From Verrucomicrobiota bacterium (GTDB lineage Bacteria > Verrucomicrobiota > Verrucomicrobiia > Limisphaerales > UBA11358), in assembly GCA_021324235.1 (NCBI GenBank), contig JAJPJM010000050.1, positions 1 through 61,308 on the forward strand: DNA of 61,308 nt, given 5' to 3'. The translations under genes and the position numbers were made by a program. Position 1 is the first letter of the stretch, and each line of letters starts with the position of its first letter. Under the pieces are notes generated by a model. The model made no database searches. It was not told where the DNA came from and was given only the letters and a program-made list of their open reading frames with translations. This document shows positions 35,511 through 46,110 of this stretch, in pieces.

Positions 35511-36272
35511 GTGAAACTGATTTCCTGGAACGTGAACGGCCTGCGCGCGGTGCTGAGGAAAAATTTTCTCGATTATCTTGAAGCGGAAAAGCCGGACGTG
35601 TTGTGTCTGCAGGAAACCAAATGCACCCCGAACGACGTGGAGCAGCTCTGGCCGGCCCGCTACACCACGTTCTGGAACAGCGCGGAGAAGAAAGGGTATT
35701 CGGGCACGGCCATCTTTACCCGGACGCGTCCGCTCCAGGTGGTGCCACACATGGATATCGCGGAACACGACCGGGAAGGCCGCGTGCTCGCCGCCGAGTT
35801 CGACAGGTTCGTTCTGGTTAACGTTTATGTCCCCAACTCCAAGCGTGACCTCTCCCGATTGACCTATCGTCAACGCTGGGACGCCGATTTTCTCCGTCAT
35901 CTCAAAAAACTGGAAAAGAAAAAGCCCGTGATATTTTGCGGCGACCTCAACGTGGCGCACACGGAAATCGATCTGGCCAATCCGAAAGCGAATGTCCACA
36001 ACCACGGTTTTACTCCCGAGGAACGCGCCGGGTTCGGCGCCTTCGTAAAGGCCGGTTTCCTTGATACCTTCCGTGAATTTGAAAAGGGCGGGGGACATTA
36101 CTCGTGGTGGAGCCCGATGGGCGGAGCGCGTTCCCGGAATGTCGGCTGGCGCATTGATTATTTCCTCATCTCCCAATCCCTGCGACCGCATCTCCAGCGT
36201 GCCTTCATCCGGCCCGAAATTGAGGGTTCGGACCACTGTCCGGTCGGCGTTGAGTTGGATTTTAAAAAATAA
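35511..36272 (+). CDS. xth: Exodeoxyribonuclease III
   Basis: 253 aa from GTG 35511: VKLISWNVNGLRA..., CLQETK, GDLNVAH, SDHCPV; the upstream part of ORF 35382 has no similarity and would reach the iscA gene. Confidence 0.9.
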   Translation: MKLISWNVNGLRAVLRKNFLDYLEAEKPDVLCLQETKCTPNDVEQLWPARYTTFWNSAEKKGYSGTAIFTRTRPLQVVPHMDIAEHDREGRVLAAEFDRFVLVNVYVPNSKRDLSRLTYRQRWDADFLRHLKKLEKKKPVIFCGDLNVAHTEIDLANPKANVHNHGFTPEERAGFGAFVKAGFLDTFREFEKGGGHYSWWSPMGGARSRNVGWRIDYFLISQSLRPHLQRAFIRPEIEGSDHCPVGVELDFKK

Positions 36273-36334
36273 TTTATCTCGTATATTTATGCGGTCTGGC
36301 TTATGCTCACAATGGCATTGAGCCAATTTCGTCC

Positions 36335-37834
36335 ATGAAAATACTTCTCGTCAGTCCGAAAACGCCCGACACGTTCTGGAGTTTCAAGCATGCCCTGCGC
36401 TTTGTTTCCCGAAGGGCGGCCATGGCGCCGCTGGGGTTGCTGACGGTCGCAGCCATGCTGCCGTCGGAATGGGAACTCAAGTTGGTGGACCTGAACGTGA
36501 AACGGCTCCGGGACGAGGATCTGGTTTGGGCCGATTATGTGATGATCGGCGCCATGATTGTGCAGAAGGATTCAGTACACGAAATCGTTGCGCGATGCGC
36601 CGCCCTGGGGAAAACCGTCATTGCGGGCGGACCGCTGTTCACCACCGGACACGAAACGTTTCCGGCGATTCAGCACTTCGTTCTGGGCGAGGCCGAAGAA
36701 GTGATGCCGCAGGTGGTGGCCGACCTGCAAAGCGGCCGGTTGCAATCCATTTATCGCGCCACAAACCGTCCGGACATCACCCGGACGCCCGCGCCCCGCT
36801 GGGATCTCATCCAGCTGCGGCATTACGTGACGATGTCCGTGCAGTTCTCGCGCGGCTGCCCGTTTGATTGCGAGTTTTGCGACATCATCGTGATGAATGG
36901 GCGCGTGCCCCGTATGAAAACGCCGGCGCAATTGATCGCCGAGCTGGACGGACTGTGCCGGCGCGGATGGAAAGACATGGTTTTCATCGTGGACGACAAT
37001 TTCATCGGCAACAAACCGCGGACCAAAGCGCTGTTGCGCGAGTTGATCGAATGGCGGCGGCGCACGCGGACCCGCATCGGATTTCTCACCGAGGCGTCCA
37101 TGAATCTGGCCGATGACCCGGAATTGTGCGCGCTGATGGTGGAGGCCGGCTTCAAAAAAGTTTTCGTCGGCATTGAAACGCCGTCCGTCGAGTCGCTGGA
37201 GGAATGCCACAAGCTCCAGAACCGCAACCGCGACCTGGTGGATTCGGTGCAGACACTGCAACGCGCCGGACTGGAAGTCATGGGTGGATTCATCGTTGGT
37301 TTCGACAGTGACCAGAACGACATCTTCAAGCGGCAGTTCGAGTTCATCCAGCGTTCCGGCGTGGCGACGGCCATGGTGGGATTGCTGAACGCATTGCCGC
37401 AGACGCGGTTATGGCAGCGGCTGAAACGCGAGGGCCGTCTGGAAACCGATAGCACCGGCAACAACACCGATGCGGCGCTGAACTTCAAACCCAAATTGAA
37501 CCGCGACTTCCTGCAATCGGGTTACCGTGAACTGGTCAAGAAGCTGTATGAGCCGCGAAACTACTACCAGCGCATACGGACGTTTCTCAAGAGCCACCGC
37601 CCGACCGGGCCGCGCCTGCGCCTGTCCCGTGCCGATCTCATTGCGTTTCTGAAATCCTTCTGGGTGCTGGGCGTCTGGCACCGGGGACGCGTGGGGTATT
37701 GGCGGCTGTTCTGGGGCACGCTCCTCCGGCATCCACGCCAGTTTCCGCACGCCATCGAACTCGCCATTCTCGGCTACCACTTCCGCCGTGTGGCCAACTC
37801 GCTGCGGGCGCCTTCCTCCCGCAAACGACGATGA
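36335..37834 (+). CDS. B12-binding radical SAM protein (DUF4070-type C-terminus)
   Basis: 499 aa; N-terminal B12-binding-like MKILLVSPK...APLGLLTVAAML; radical SAM CPFDCEFC motif; long helical C-terminal extension. Confidence 0.82.
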   Translation: MKILLVSPKTPDTFWSFKHALRFVSRRAAMAPLGLLTVAAMLPSEWELKLVDLNVKRLRDEDLVWADYVMIGAMIVQKDSVHEIVARCAALGKTVIAGGPLFTTGHETFPAIQHFVLGEAEEVMPQVVADLQSGRLQSIYRATNRPDITRTPAPRWDLIQLRHYVTMSVQFSRGCPFDCEFCDIIVMNGRVPRMKTPAQLIAELDGLCRRGWKDMVFIVDDNFIGNKPRTKALLRELIEWRRRTRTRIGFLTEASMNLADDPELCALMVEAGFKKVFVGIETPSVESLEECHKLQNRNRDLVDSVQTLQRAGLEVMGGFIVGFDSDQNDIFKRQFEFIQRSGVATAMVGLLNALPQTRLWQRLKREGRLETDSTGNNTDAALNFKPKLNRDFLQSGYRELVKKLYEPRNYYQRIRTFLKSHRPTGPRLRLSRADLIAFLKSFWVLGVWHRGRVGYWRLFWGTLLRHPRQFPHAIELAILGYHFRRVANSLRAPSSRKRR

Positions 37835-37861
37835 CAGGTGGTTGTCCGGCGGGGGTGTGAA

Positions 37862-39307
37862 TTATTTCACATTCAACTCGCGCTGGATGCCAAATTTTTC
37901 AATGCGCTTGCGCAACGTCGCCCGCGTGATGCCCAGCAGTTTGGCCGCGTGGACCTGATTGTTGTTCGTTTCCTTGAGCGCCTGGATGACGAGTTCGCGC
38001 TCCACGACCGGGATGACCTTCAGTTTGGGGTCCCGCTTGGCCCATTGAAACAATTGCCGGGCCAGGGCCGAGGCATCGGTCATGGCTTCGTCCCCTGCCT
38101 TGCCGACCGACGGCGGCAGGGAGGCGCCCCCCGAACTTTGACCGTGGATTTCCGGCGGCAGGTCGCTTTGCAGAATCGCATCGCTCTTGGCCATGACGTG
38201 CGCGCGGCGGAGGGCGTTTTCCAATTCCCGCACATTGCCCGGCCAGTGATATTTTTCGAGTGTCCGGATGACACTGGTGGCGATGGACTTCGGCGGACGC
38301 TGGTGTTCGCGCGCAATTTTTTCCAGGAAATAGTTCACCAGCAGCGGGATGTCGTCCCGCCGGTCCCGCAGCGGGGCAATGTGAATGCGCACGACGTTCA
38401 GCCGGTAGAACAGGTCTTCGCGGAATTGTTTGTTGGCGACGGCGGCTTCGAGCGGCTTGTTGGTCGCGGCGATGACGCGTACGTCCACCTGGATGGGCTG
38501 GTTGCCGCCCACGCGCTCGAACGTGCCGGATTGCAAGACCCGCAGGATTTTTGTCTGCGTGGCCGGCGTCATGTCGCCGATTTCGTCTAGGAAAATCGTG
38601 CCCTTGTTGCATTGCTCGAATTTGCCGATGCGTTGCAGGGTGGCGCCGGTGAAGGCGCCGCGTTCGTGGCCGAAAAGTTCACTTTCCAGCAATTGCTCCG
38701 GGATCGCGGCGCAATTCACGGCCAGAAACGGCTGCTGGCTGCGGTTGCTGTGATGATAAATCGCGCGGGCAACGAGTTCCTTGCCGGTGCCGCTCTCGCC
38801 GGTAATGAGCGCGGTGGCGTCGCTGGCGGCGACCTGGCCGATGAGTTTGAAGACCTGCTGCATGGCCTCGCTGCGGCCGACGATGCCGAGTTCGTAATCC
38901 TCGGATTCGAGCAGGGGCTCGTAGGAAACGACCTGCTTCATGTCGCGTGCCGCTTTCAAAGCGTTGCCCACAATTTCCTTGAGCTTCGGCACGTCGAACG
39001 GCTTGAGCAGATAATCATAGGCCCCGAGCTTCATCGCCTCGATGGCGGTTTGCGTCGTGCCATAAGCGGTCATCAAAATGACCAACTGTTTGGGGTTGGC
39101 GGCGCGGATACGACGAAGGGTCTCCAGGCCGTTCATGCCGCCCATGCGCACATCCATGAGCACGAGGTCGGGTTTGAATTTGGGGATGACTTTCAACCCT
39201 TCCTCGCCGCTCGACGCTACGGTCACTTCGACCTCCGGCGAATCAAAAATCCGCTGGAACGAATACCGCACGTCCTCTTCATCGTCGATCAGCAGCAACT
39301 TGCTCAT
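37862..39307 (-). CDS. Sigma-54-dependent response regulator (NtrC family)
   Basis: 481 aa; receiver [11 protein letters not shown]; AAA+ [23 protein letters not shown] (GAFTGA); C-terminal Fis-type [19 protein letters not shown]. Confidence 0.92.
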   Translation of the reverse strand: MSKLLLIDDEEDVRYSFQRIFDSPEVEVTVASSGEEGLKVIPKFKPDLVLMDVRMGGMNGLETLRRIRAANPKQLVILMTAYGTTQTAIEAMKLGAYDYLLKPFDVPKLKEIVGNALKAARDMKQVVSYEPLLESEDYELGIVGRSEAMQQVFKLIGQVAASDATALITGESGTGKELVARAIYHHSNRSQQPFLAVNCAAIPEQLLESELFGHERGAFTGATLQRIGKFEQCNKGTIFLDEIGDMTPATQTKILRVLQSGTFERVGGNQPIQVDVRVIAATNKPLEAAVANKQFREDLFYRLNVVRIHIAPLRDRRDDIPLLVNYFLEKIAREHQRPPKSIATSVIRTLEKYHWPGNVRELENALRRAHVMAKSDAILQSDLPPEIHGQSSGGASLPPSVGKAGDEAMTDASALARQLFQWAKRDPKLKVIPVVERELVIQALKETNNNQVHAAKLLGITRATLRKRIEKFGIQRELNVK

Positions 39308-39413
39308 TTTGCTGTAGGATAACCGGTTTTTGGCGGACGAACAGCGAATTTTGTTTGCGATTCGTCATTTGACCTCGCCGCGGGCATGACCTAGACTGGC
39401 GTTCCTTTTTAAC

Positions 39414-41012
39414 ATGAAAATTGTCGTTTGCGACCCAATCTCGCCCAAAGGCATTGCGCTGCTCCAGCAGCGACCTGAATTTGAAGTCGTTGTTCTGCCC
39501 AAACGGCTGCCTGAGCCCGAATTGCTGCCGGTCGTGGCGGATGCCGTGGCGCTGCTGGTTCGCTCCGAAACCAAGGTGACCCGCAAGCTCATCGAAGCCG
39601 CTCCGAAGTTGCGCGTGGTCGGCCGCGCCGGTGTCGGGATCGACAACGTGGATGTGGAGGCAGCCACGCAACACGGTGTGGTGGTGATGAACACGCCCGG
39701 CGGCAACACGGTAACCACCGCCGAACTCAGTTTTGCCATGCTGCTGGCGCTCGCCCGCAAGGTGCCGCAGGCGTACACGTCCATGACCGCCGGCAAATGG
39801 GACCGCAAATTGTTTCAGGGCACGGAACTGCTGGGCAAAACCCTCGGCATTCTGGGCATGGGCCGCATCGGCTCGGAAGTCGCCAAACGCGCGCTGATCT
39901 TCGGGATGCGTGTCATCGCCTATGATCCCTACCTGACGGCGGACCGGGCGCGGGCCCTCGGTGTGGAATTTGCCGACAGCGTGGACGACGTTTATCGCGT
40001 GGCCGATTTCATTACGGTTCACATGCCGGTGACGCCGGAAACCAAACACATGCTGAACGCCGCCGCGTTTACCAAAATGAAACCCGGGGTGCGTCTGGTG
40101 AATTGTGCGCGCGGTGAAATCATTTCCGAAACCGACCTGTTGGCGGCGCTTGAATCCGGCAAAGTGGCCGGCGCGGCGCTGGATGTTTTTGCCGTGGAAC
40201 CGCTGCCCGCTGACCATCCGTATCGCCGGCAGGCGAATGTGATTTTGACACCGCACCTCGGCGCCAGCACGCAGGAGGCGCAGGAAAAATGCGGCATTGA
40301 GGTCGCCGAGGTCGTCACGGCTTATCTGCTGACCGGCGAGGTGCGCAACGCGGTGAATCTGCCGTATCTCGACGCCAAAACCTATGAGCAGGTGAAACCT
40401 TATCTGCCGCTGGGCGAGGCGCTCGGCAAATTGCTGGCGCAACTTTCACCTGCCAGTGCCGACCGTATTTACGTGACTTATGGCGGCCACGCGCGGGAAT
40501 TGCCGAACACGGACCCGGTCACCCGGGCGGTGTTGCAGGGCTTTCTGGCCAGCAGTGCGATCAAGGACGTGAACAACGTCAATGTCCGGGCCGCCGCCGC
40601 CAGCATCGGCATCACCGTCGAGGAAAAAAAATCCGATGAGCCGGTCACCTTCAACGAATGGTTGCACGTGCAGGTTTTCAGCAACGGGCAAAAATTAATC
40701 TCGGCGGGTGGAACCTTTTTCGGTTCCCCCAACAACCCGCGCATTGTGCGGCTTTACAGCACGCCGGTGGAGATACCGACCAGCGGCACCTTGTTGCTTC
40801 TCAACAACAAGGACCGGCCGGGCATCGTCGGTTATCTCGGCACGTTGCTGGGAAAACATAAAGTGAATATTGCCAACATGAGCCTGACGCGCGACACTGC
40901 GGGCGGGCTCGCGTTGACGGTCTTGAACCGCGACAGCGCGCCGCCGCCGGCGATGCTGGAAGAACTTCAGAAAGACACTGACATCAGCAACGTCAAAGTG
41001 GTAAAATTGTAG
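39414..41012 (+). CDS. serA: D-3-phosphoglycerate dehydrogenase
   Basis: 532 aa; GLGRIG-like GILGMGRIGSEVA NAD site, catalytic RG..../HLGAST, ASB and C-terminal ACT domain (LLLLNNKDRPGIVG). Confidence 0.92.
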   Translation: MKIVVCDPISPKGIALLQQRPEFEVVVLPKRLPEPELLPVVADAVALLVRSETKVTRKLIEAAPKLRVVGRAGVGIDNVDVEAATQHGVVVMNTPGGNTVTTAELSFAMLLALARKVPQAYTSMTAGKWDRKLFQGTELLGKTLGILGMGRIGSEVAKRALIFGMRVIAYDPYLTADRARALGVEFADSVDDVYRVADFITVHMPVTPETKHMLNAAAFTKMKPGVRLVNCARGEIISETDLLAALESGKVAGAALDVFAVEPLPADHPYRRQANVILTPHLGASTQEAQEKCGIEVAEVVTAYLLTGEVRNAVNLPYLDAKTYEQVKPYLPLGEALGKLLAQLSPASADRIYVTYGGHARELPNTDPVTRAVLQGFLASSAIKDVNNVNVRAAAASIGITVEEKKSDEPVTFNEWLHVQVFSNGQKLISAGGTFFGSPNNPRIVRLYSTPVEIPTSGTLLLLNNKDRPGIVGYLGTLLGKHKVNIANMSLTRDTAGGLALTVLNRDSAPPPAMLEELQKDTDISNVKVVKL

Positions 41013-41037
41013 CCGTTGATAGGAAAAACCAGGAAAT

Positions 41038-42162
41038 ATGAAGATCAAAGACAAAATAATTTTTTTCACTGCGCTCGGCACGTTATTGCTGGCGTTCCCG
41101 TCCACCCCGGCAGCCGCGGCCAGCGCCTCCACGGAGGCCGCGCCGACCGGTGCGAACACCAATGTCAACCTCAATGCCACCATGACGGCGTTGTTTGGCA
41201 ATCCGGTGGTCGCCCGGGGCAAGGGCTTTGAGATCAAGCAGAGTGATTTGGACGAGGTGATGACCGGCATTAAGGCCGCCGCCGCCATGCGCAACCAGTC
41301 CATTCCCCCGGAACAGGTGAAAATGGTTGAAAATGAAATGCTCAGCCGGCTCATTCAAGTTCAGCTTTTGCTGCAGAAAACCACCGATGCCGACCGCGTG
41401 GAAGGGAAAAGGCTGGCGGATTTGCAAATGCAGACGCTTTTGGAGCGCGCCGGCTCGCAGGAAGCATTAAACCGCCAGTTCATGGCTCTGGGCATGTCAA
41501 TGGACCAGTTGCGGGCACGCCTGGTGCAGGAGGGCACCGCACAGGCGGCGCTCGTGCGCGAACTGAAAGTCACTGTGACGGATGCCGAAGCCAGACAATT
41601 TTACGACGACCATCCGGCGGAGTTTGAACAGCCGGAAATGGTTCATATTCAGCAGATCTTTTTAAGCATACACGATCCGATTACCGGTACGGAATTGTCG
41701 GATGACAACAAGGCCGCCAAGAAAAAGGAACTCGAGGACATCCTGAAGCGCGCCCGGGCCGGCGAGGATTTCAAACAATTGGTGGAGCAATATTCCGAAG
41801 ACCCCACCTCCAAGGACAAGGGTGGGGAATACTCCATTGCTCGCGGCCAGACGCTGCCGGAATTTGAGGCGGCGGCATTTTCATTGAACACCAATCAAAT
41901 CAGCGACGTGGTGACCACCTCCGGCGGCTATCACCTGATTAAATTGCTGGACAAAATCCCGGCCAAAAAGCTGGATTTTGCCTCGGTGGCCGACAACCTC
42001 AAGAAGGCGCTCATCCAACAAAAATCGGCCAAGCTGGCGCCGGCCTATCTGGCGGCTTTGAGAAAGCAGGCCGACGTGGAAATTCTTGACCCGGATTTAA
42101 AGGCGCTGGAGCAGGCCAGTGAGTCTGAGAGCGATACCAATGCGCCGGATGTTGGAAAATAG
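41038..42162 (+). CDS. Periplasmic peptidyl-prolyl isomerase (SurA-N plus parvulin domain)
   Basis: 374 aa; signal peptide; parvulin block VHIQQIF...DFKQLVEQYSEDPTSKDKGGEY...FSLNTNQISDVVTTSGGYHLIKL. Confidence 0.85.
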   Translation: MKIKDKIIFFTALGTLLLAFPSTPAAAASASTEAAPTGANTNVNLNATMTALFGNPVVARGKGFEIKQSDLDEVMTGIKAAAAMRNQSIPPEQVKMVENEMLSRLIQVQLLLQKTTDADRVEGKRLADLQMQTLLERAGSQEALNRQFMALGMSMDQLRARLVQEGTAQAALVRELKVTVTDAEARQFYDDHPAEFEQPEMVHIQQIFLSIHDPITGTELSDDNKAAKKKELEDILKRARAGEDFKQLVEQYSEDPTSKDKGGEYSIARGQTLPEFEAAAFSLNTNQISDVVTTSGGYHLIKLLDKIPAKKLDFASVADNLKKALIQQKSAKLAPAYLAALRKQADVEILDPDLKALEQASESESDTNAPDVGK

Positions 42163-42219
42163 GGGGATGTTGAACCGCGCTTGCCAAATCGTTTGAGCCG
42201 TCACATTTTGGTGGGCATT

Positions 42220-42981
42220 ATGAGAACACAGTTAGGTATAATCATTCTCGTTGTGGTTTGTGTGGGGATGGTCGCGGCTTTGATGATGGAGAAAAAGCGT
42301 GCCGATACCCAGCAGAAAACGGACATCGACACGATCCTCGATTTTTCCAACCAGTTGACGACGGCCAATCTAAACCTGGACGATTTGCGTCAGGTCAACC
42401 TCACGCTGACCAATGATTTGGAAACCACCCGGCAGACGTTGACCATACTCAGCAACCAGTACGTCACCACCTCCGCTTCCCTCTCGAAAACCACCGTCGC
42501 CCTCAAAACTGCTCAGGATCAAATTGCCGATTTGGAAGCGCAGAATCAGGCGCTGGATCAGCAAGTCGCGGCCGCCACCAACATCATAGCCAATCTGTCC
42601 ACGCAAATCGCCGACACCCAGATGAAACTGGTCGAATCGGAAACGAATGACGCGTTTCTCGAAGGCGAATTGAAGCGGCAGGTGGCCGAAAAGGCCGATC
42701 TGGAGCGCAAATTTAACAACCTGAGCCAGGTCCGGACCCAGGTCCGGAAATTGCGGGACGATTTGCTCATTGCGCAACGGTTGAAATGGATGCGTGATGG
42801 CACTGATCCCAGCCAGCAACGCAAGGGCGCGCAGTTGCTGATGGCCCGCGGACCGGTGACCAACCGGGTCGTGGGACCGGCACACTACGATTTGAACGTC
42901 GAAGTCAGCTCGGATGGCTCGGTCCAGGTTGTTCCGGCGATGACCAACGCGCCGGCGACGACCAATCTATCGTCGCCCTGA
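42220..42981 (+). CDS. Membrane-anchored coiled-coil protein
   Basis: 253 aa from ATG 42220 (ORF opens at TTG 42181); one TM helix, then Q/L/T-rich heptad-like sequence. Confidence 0.6.
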   Translation: MRTQLGIIILVVVCVGMVAALMMEKKRADTQQKTDIDTILDFSNQLTTANLNLDDLRQVNLTLTNDLETTRQTLTILSNQYVTTSASLSKTTVALKTAQDQIADLEAQNQALDQQVAAATNIIANLSTQIADTQMKLVESETNDAFLEGELKRQVAEKADLERKFNNLSQVRTQVRKLRDDLLIAQRLKWMRDGTDPSQQRKGAQLLMARGPVTNRVVGPAHYDLNVEVSSDGSVQVVPAMTNAPATTNLSSP

Positions 42982-43021
42982 GGGGCTTGGGAACAGCGGA
43001 TTCGGTGGTTTGTTAAAGTCC

Positions 43022-43345
43022 ATGCCGACGTACGAATATCTCTGCGAAAAATGCAGGCACGAGTTTGAAACGCTTCAGCCCATGTCCGCCAGGCCATTGG
43101 AAGTGTGCCCGAAGGATCTTTGCCCGCAAAAAAAATGGGGCCGTGGCCGGGTAAAACGCAAAATCAGCGCCGGAGGCGGTCTCCTGTTCAAAGGCAGCGG
43201 CTTTTATATCACCGACTATCGCAGCGAGAAGTATAAACAGGCGGCTAAAAAGGATTCCCCGGCGGCCAAACCGGCTGGGGCCGATGCCAAACCTTCCGCC
43301 AAGCCCGACAGCAAACCTGCCAAGCCGACCCCGGCGAAAGCCTGA
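43022..43345 (+). CDS. FmdB-family zinc-ribbon protein
   Basis: MPTYEYLCEKCRHEFE...CP..LCP CxxC/CxxC signature; Lys/Ala/Pro-rich tail. Confidence 0.8.
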   Translation: MPTYEYLCEKCRHEFETLQPMSARPLEVCPKDLCPQKKWGRGRVKRKISAGGGLLFKGSGFYITDYRSEKYKQAAKKDSPAAKPAGADAKPSAKPDSKPAKPTPAKA

Positions 43346-43347
43346 CC

Positions 43348-44715
43348 ATGCCCCCCAAGCGTTGCCTGCGCAACCTCGGTTGTGCCGCCGTTTTGTTCAG
43401 CGTTTTCTGCGGAAACGCATCCGCCCAACTGTCGTTGCCGGATAGGAATGTGACGCGCAGTGTTTCCGGCCAGTTTATTGTGGCCGGCGGCCGGCCGGTA
43501 TCGTCGCTGGCGACCGCGCCGGCCGTTGCGGCCAATGCCGATTTGGTCCAGCTTGAGCCGGCGCTGTTGGCGGTTTCCGCCGAACGCATCAAACAAACGC
43601 TTTGGCGCACGCTCGGCATCGATTCAACGGTGCCGTGGCGCGGGAAAATCTTTCTGGAGTTGCATCCCGCCCGGTCGCTGGATGAAGCCGTCACCGTCCT
43701 TTCCGAACACTTCGCCGACGGCTGGGATTATCGCGTCGCGTTGCCGGATGCTTTGCCCCGCGCCCGGTTCCTGCGTGCCCTGACGGGCGTCACGTTGCTC
43801 GAATTTGCCAACCGCGGCGCCGGTGCGCGTTCGGCGGGGATCCCCCCCTGGTTGACCGATGGTTTGTCGCAAGCGTTGCTCGCGACGGGCACGGTCGACG
43901 TGGTTTTATCCTCGCCGGGCAAGGCGGTAAACGGTGTCTGGGCGAGTTGGACTGACACGAGTCAGCACGGCATTGATCCGCTGGCCGACGCGCGGCGCGT
44001 GTTGCGCGATCATCCCGCACTGACCTTTGAGCAATTAAGCTGGCCGACGGATTCGCAAGTGTCCGGCGCCGATGGCGGTGTGTATCGTGCCAGCGCGCAA
44101 TTATTCGTAAGCGATTTGTTGGGATTGAACGATGGTCCGGCGCATTTGCGCGCGATGTTGCAGGCATCGCCGAATTATTTAAATTGGCAAACGGCCTTTC
44201 AAAAGGCCTTTCACGCTGATTTTGCGCAGCCGCTCGACGTGGAAAAGTGGTGGTCGTTGCAGGTGATTGGTTTCGTTGCGCACAGCCCCGGTCCGGCGTG
44301 GACGCCGGCGGTCAGCCGCGAAAAACTTGACCAGATTCTGAGCGTGGCGGTGGACTTTCGTACCACGTCGAACGCCCTGCCTGTGCCCGCCGAAGTTTCA
44401 CTGCAGGCCGTGATCCGTAATTTCGATTCCGCGCGACAAACGGCAATTCTCCAGACCAAGTTACGCGACCTTGAACTGGCGCAATTCCGCATGGCCCAGC
44501 CTTTGGTTTATCTGGCCGCCGCCTACCGCGCCACCCTGGCGGATTACCTCGGCCAGCCCCGTGGCGCTGCACCCACGCCGCCGTCGGGCAGGCAGTCATG
44601 GGCCACGGCTCCTTCCAAAGTCAGCGCCAGCGATACCCTGGAAAAACTGGATGCCCTCGACGCACAAAGACGCACTGTCGAATCCTCCATCAAACCGGAT
44701 ATCTGGCGGCCGTAA
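43348..44715 (+). CDS. Exported hypothetical protein
   Basis: 455 aa; signal peptide ...VFCGNASAQ; begins 2 nt after the FmdB-like stop; no recognisable domain. Confidence 0.65.
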   Translation: MPPKRCLRNLGCAAVLFSVFCGNASAQLSLPDRNVTRSVSGQFIVAGGRPVSSLATAPAVAANADLVQLEPALLAVSAERIKQTLWRTLGIDSTVPWRGKIFLELHPARSLDEAVTVLSEHFADGWDYRVALPDALPRARFLRALTGVTLLEFANRGAGARSAGIPPWLTDGLSQALLATGTVDVVLSSPGKAVNGVWASWTDTSQHGIDPLADARRVLRDHPALTFEQLSWPTDSQVSGADGGVYRASAQLFVSDLLGLNDGPAHLRAMLQASPNYLNWQTAFQKAFHADFAQPLDVEKWWSLQVIGFVAHSPGPAWTPAVSREKLDQILSVAVDFRTTSNALPVPAEVSLQAVIRNFDSARQTAILQTKLRDLELAQFRMAQPLVYLAAAYRATLADYLGQPRGAAPTPPSGRQSWATAPSKVSASDTLEKLDALDAQRRTVESSIKPDIWRP

Positions 44716-44754
44716 CCCGCCCGGCTTGAACGCGGGGGCAGGGAAATGGTCAAC

Positions 44755-44782
44755 TTGACAGGGCGCGATTCCAACTTATAGT
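44755..44782 (+). promoter_or_regulatory. Sigma-70-like promoter upstream of the KamA-family gene
   Basis: TTGACA (44755-44760), 16-nt spacer, TATAGT (44777-44782), 12 nt before ATG 44795. Confidence 0.4.
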
Positions 44783-44794
44783 TCGCATTGAAAA

Positions 44795-46039
44795 ATGAAG
44801 GATACCAGTTTATCGGCGAATGGCGAGGAGCCGCCATCGGGCCACCGTTTACAGGCTTTGAAAGCATTTCACTCCGCCGGCCGTGGTTTCTGGCGTGACG
44901 TTTCGGACGCCGATTGGAACGACTGGCACTGGCAGCTCAAACATCGTGTCACCACGCCGGAACAGTTGCAGCGGCTGATGCCCACGCTGACGCCGGAGGA
45001 ATTTGCCGGGGCAAAGCTCGCGAACCACAAACTCGCGCTGGCCATCACACCGTATTTTTTTAACCTCATTGACCCGGCGGACGAGCATTGTCCCATCCGG
45101 CGACAGGTTATTCCGCGCGTTGAAGAAACCTACACTGCGGCGTGGGAGATGAGTGATCCGTGCGGCGAAGATTCGCATTCGCCCGTCCCCGGGCTGGTGC
45201 ACCGTTATCCCGACCGCGTGCTGTTTCTGGTGACCGACCGGTGCGCGGCGTATTGCCGCTACTGCACGCGCTCGCGGTTGGTCAGCAACGCCAGCGGCTA
45301 CGATTTTCATCCGGAATTTGACCGGCAAATCGCCTACATCGGGCAGCACCCCGAAATTCGCGACGTATTGTTGAGTGGCGGTGACCCGTTGTTGTTGAGC
45401 GATGAAAAACTGGAAAATCTTTTGGGCCGGTTGCGGGCGATTCCGCACGTGGAATTCCTGCGGATCGGTTCGCGCATTCCCACGTTCCTGCCCCAGCGCA
45501 TCACGCCGGAACTCTGCGCCATGCTGAAAAAGTTCCATCCGCTGTTTGTCAGCATTCACTCGAACCACCCGCGGGAATTGACGACCGAGGTCCGCGACGC
45601 CGTCGGCCGCCTGGCGGACGCCGGCATTCCGCTCGGCAACCAGTCCGTGCTGCTCAAACGCGTCAACGACGATGCGACGGTGATGACCGCGCTCGTTCAA
45701 AAACTGCTCATGTGCCGGGTGAAACCGTATTACCTTTATCAGTGCGATTTGATTGCCGGCTCGGCGCACCTGCGGGCCGGCGTCAGCAAAGGTTTGGAAA
45801 TCATGGAGCAACTGCGCGGTCACACGACGGGTTATGCCGTGCCGCAATACGTGATTGACGCGCCCGGTGGCGGCGGCAAGGTGCCCATCAATCCGGAATA
45901 CGTCCTTTGCCGCAACGCGGGCCGCGTGCTCATTCGTAATTATGAAGGGAAAGTTTTCGAATATCCCGAAGCGGAAGACGGCACGCCCTTGTCCACGCCG
46001 CCAAAAGAAATTGAAGAGCCGCAGTTGTGCAAATGCTGA
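44795..46039 (+). CDS. kamA: Lysine 2,3-aminomutase family radical SAM enzyme (KamA family)
   Basis: 414 aa; CAAYCRYCTRS radical-SAM motif, SGGDPL, YLYQCD blocks typical of KamA. Confidence 0.88.
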   Translation: MKDTSLSANGEEPPSGHRLQALKAFHSAGRGFWRDVSDADWNDWHWQLKHRVTTPEQLQRLMPTLTPEEFAGAKLANHKLALAITPYFFNLIDPADEHCPIRRQVIPRVEETYTAAWEMSDPCGEDSHSPVPGLVHRYPDRVLFLVTDRCAAYCRYCTRSRLVSNASGYDFHPEFDRQIAYIGQHPEIRDVLLSGGDPLLLSDEKLENLLGRLRAIPHVEFLRIGSRIPTFLPQRITPELCAMLKKFHPLFVSIHSNHPRELTTEVRDAVGRLADAGIPLGNQSVLLKRVNDDATVMTALVQKLLMCRVKPYYLYQCDLIAGSAHLRAGVSKGLEIMEQLRGHTTGYAVPQYVIDAPGGGGKVPINPEYVLCRNAGRVLIRNYEGKVFEYPEAEDGTPLSTPPKEIEEPQLCKC

Positions 46040-46044
46040 GACTG

Positions 46045-46095
46045 CCCGGGCACGAAGCCGGAAACTTTTCTTCGCGCCCGGGTTTCTTTGTTGTT
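46045..46095 (+). terminator. Rho-independent terminator
   Basis: 10-bp stem CCCGGGCACG (46045-46054) / CGCGCCCGGG (46073-46082), one mismatch, followed by TTTCTTTGTTGTT. Confidence 0.65.
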
Positions 46096-46110
46096 AATCT
46101 TTGGCGATAG

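Noticed and set aside
39279-40442. 387-aa ORF on the minus strand
   Set aside because: It is antisense to serA, which is clearly real. The same applies to 31992-32957 versus glgB, 44849-45847 versus kamA, 12748-13701 and 8474-9295 versus the sigma genes, and 37838-38590/38612-39322 versus the NtrC-type regulator.
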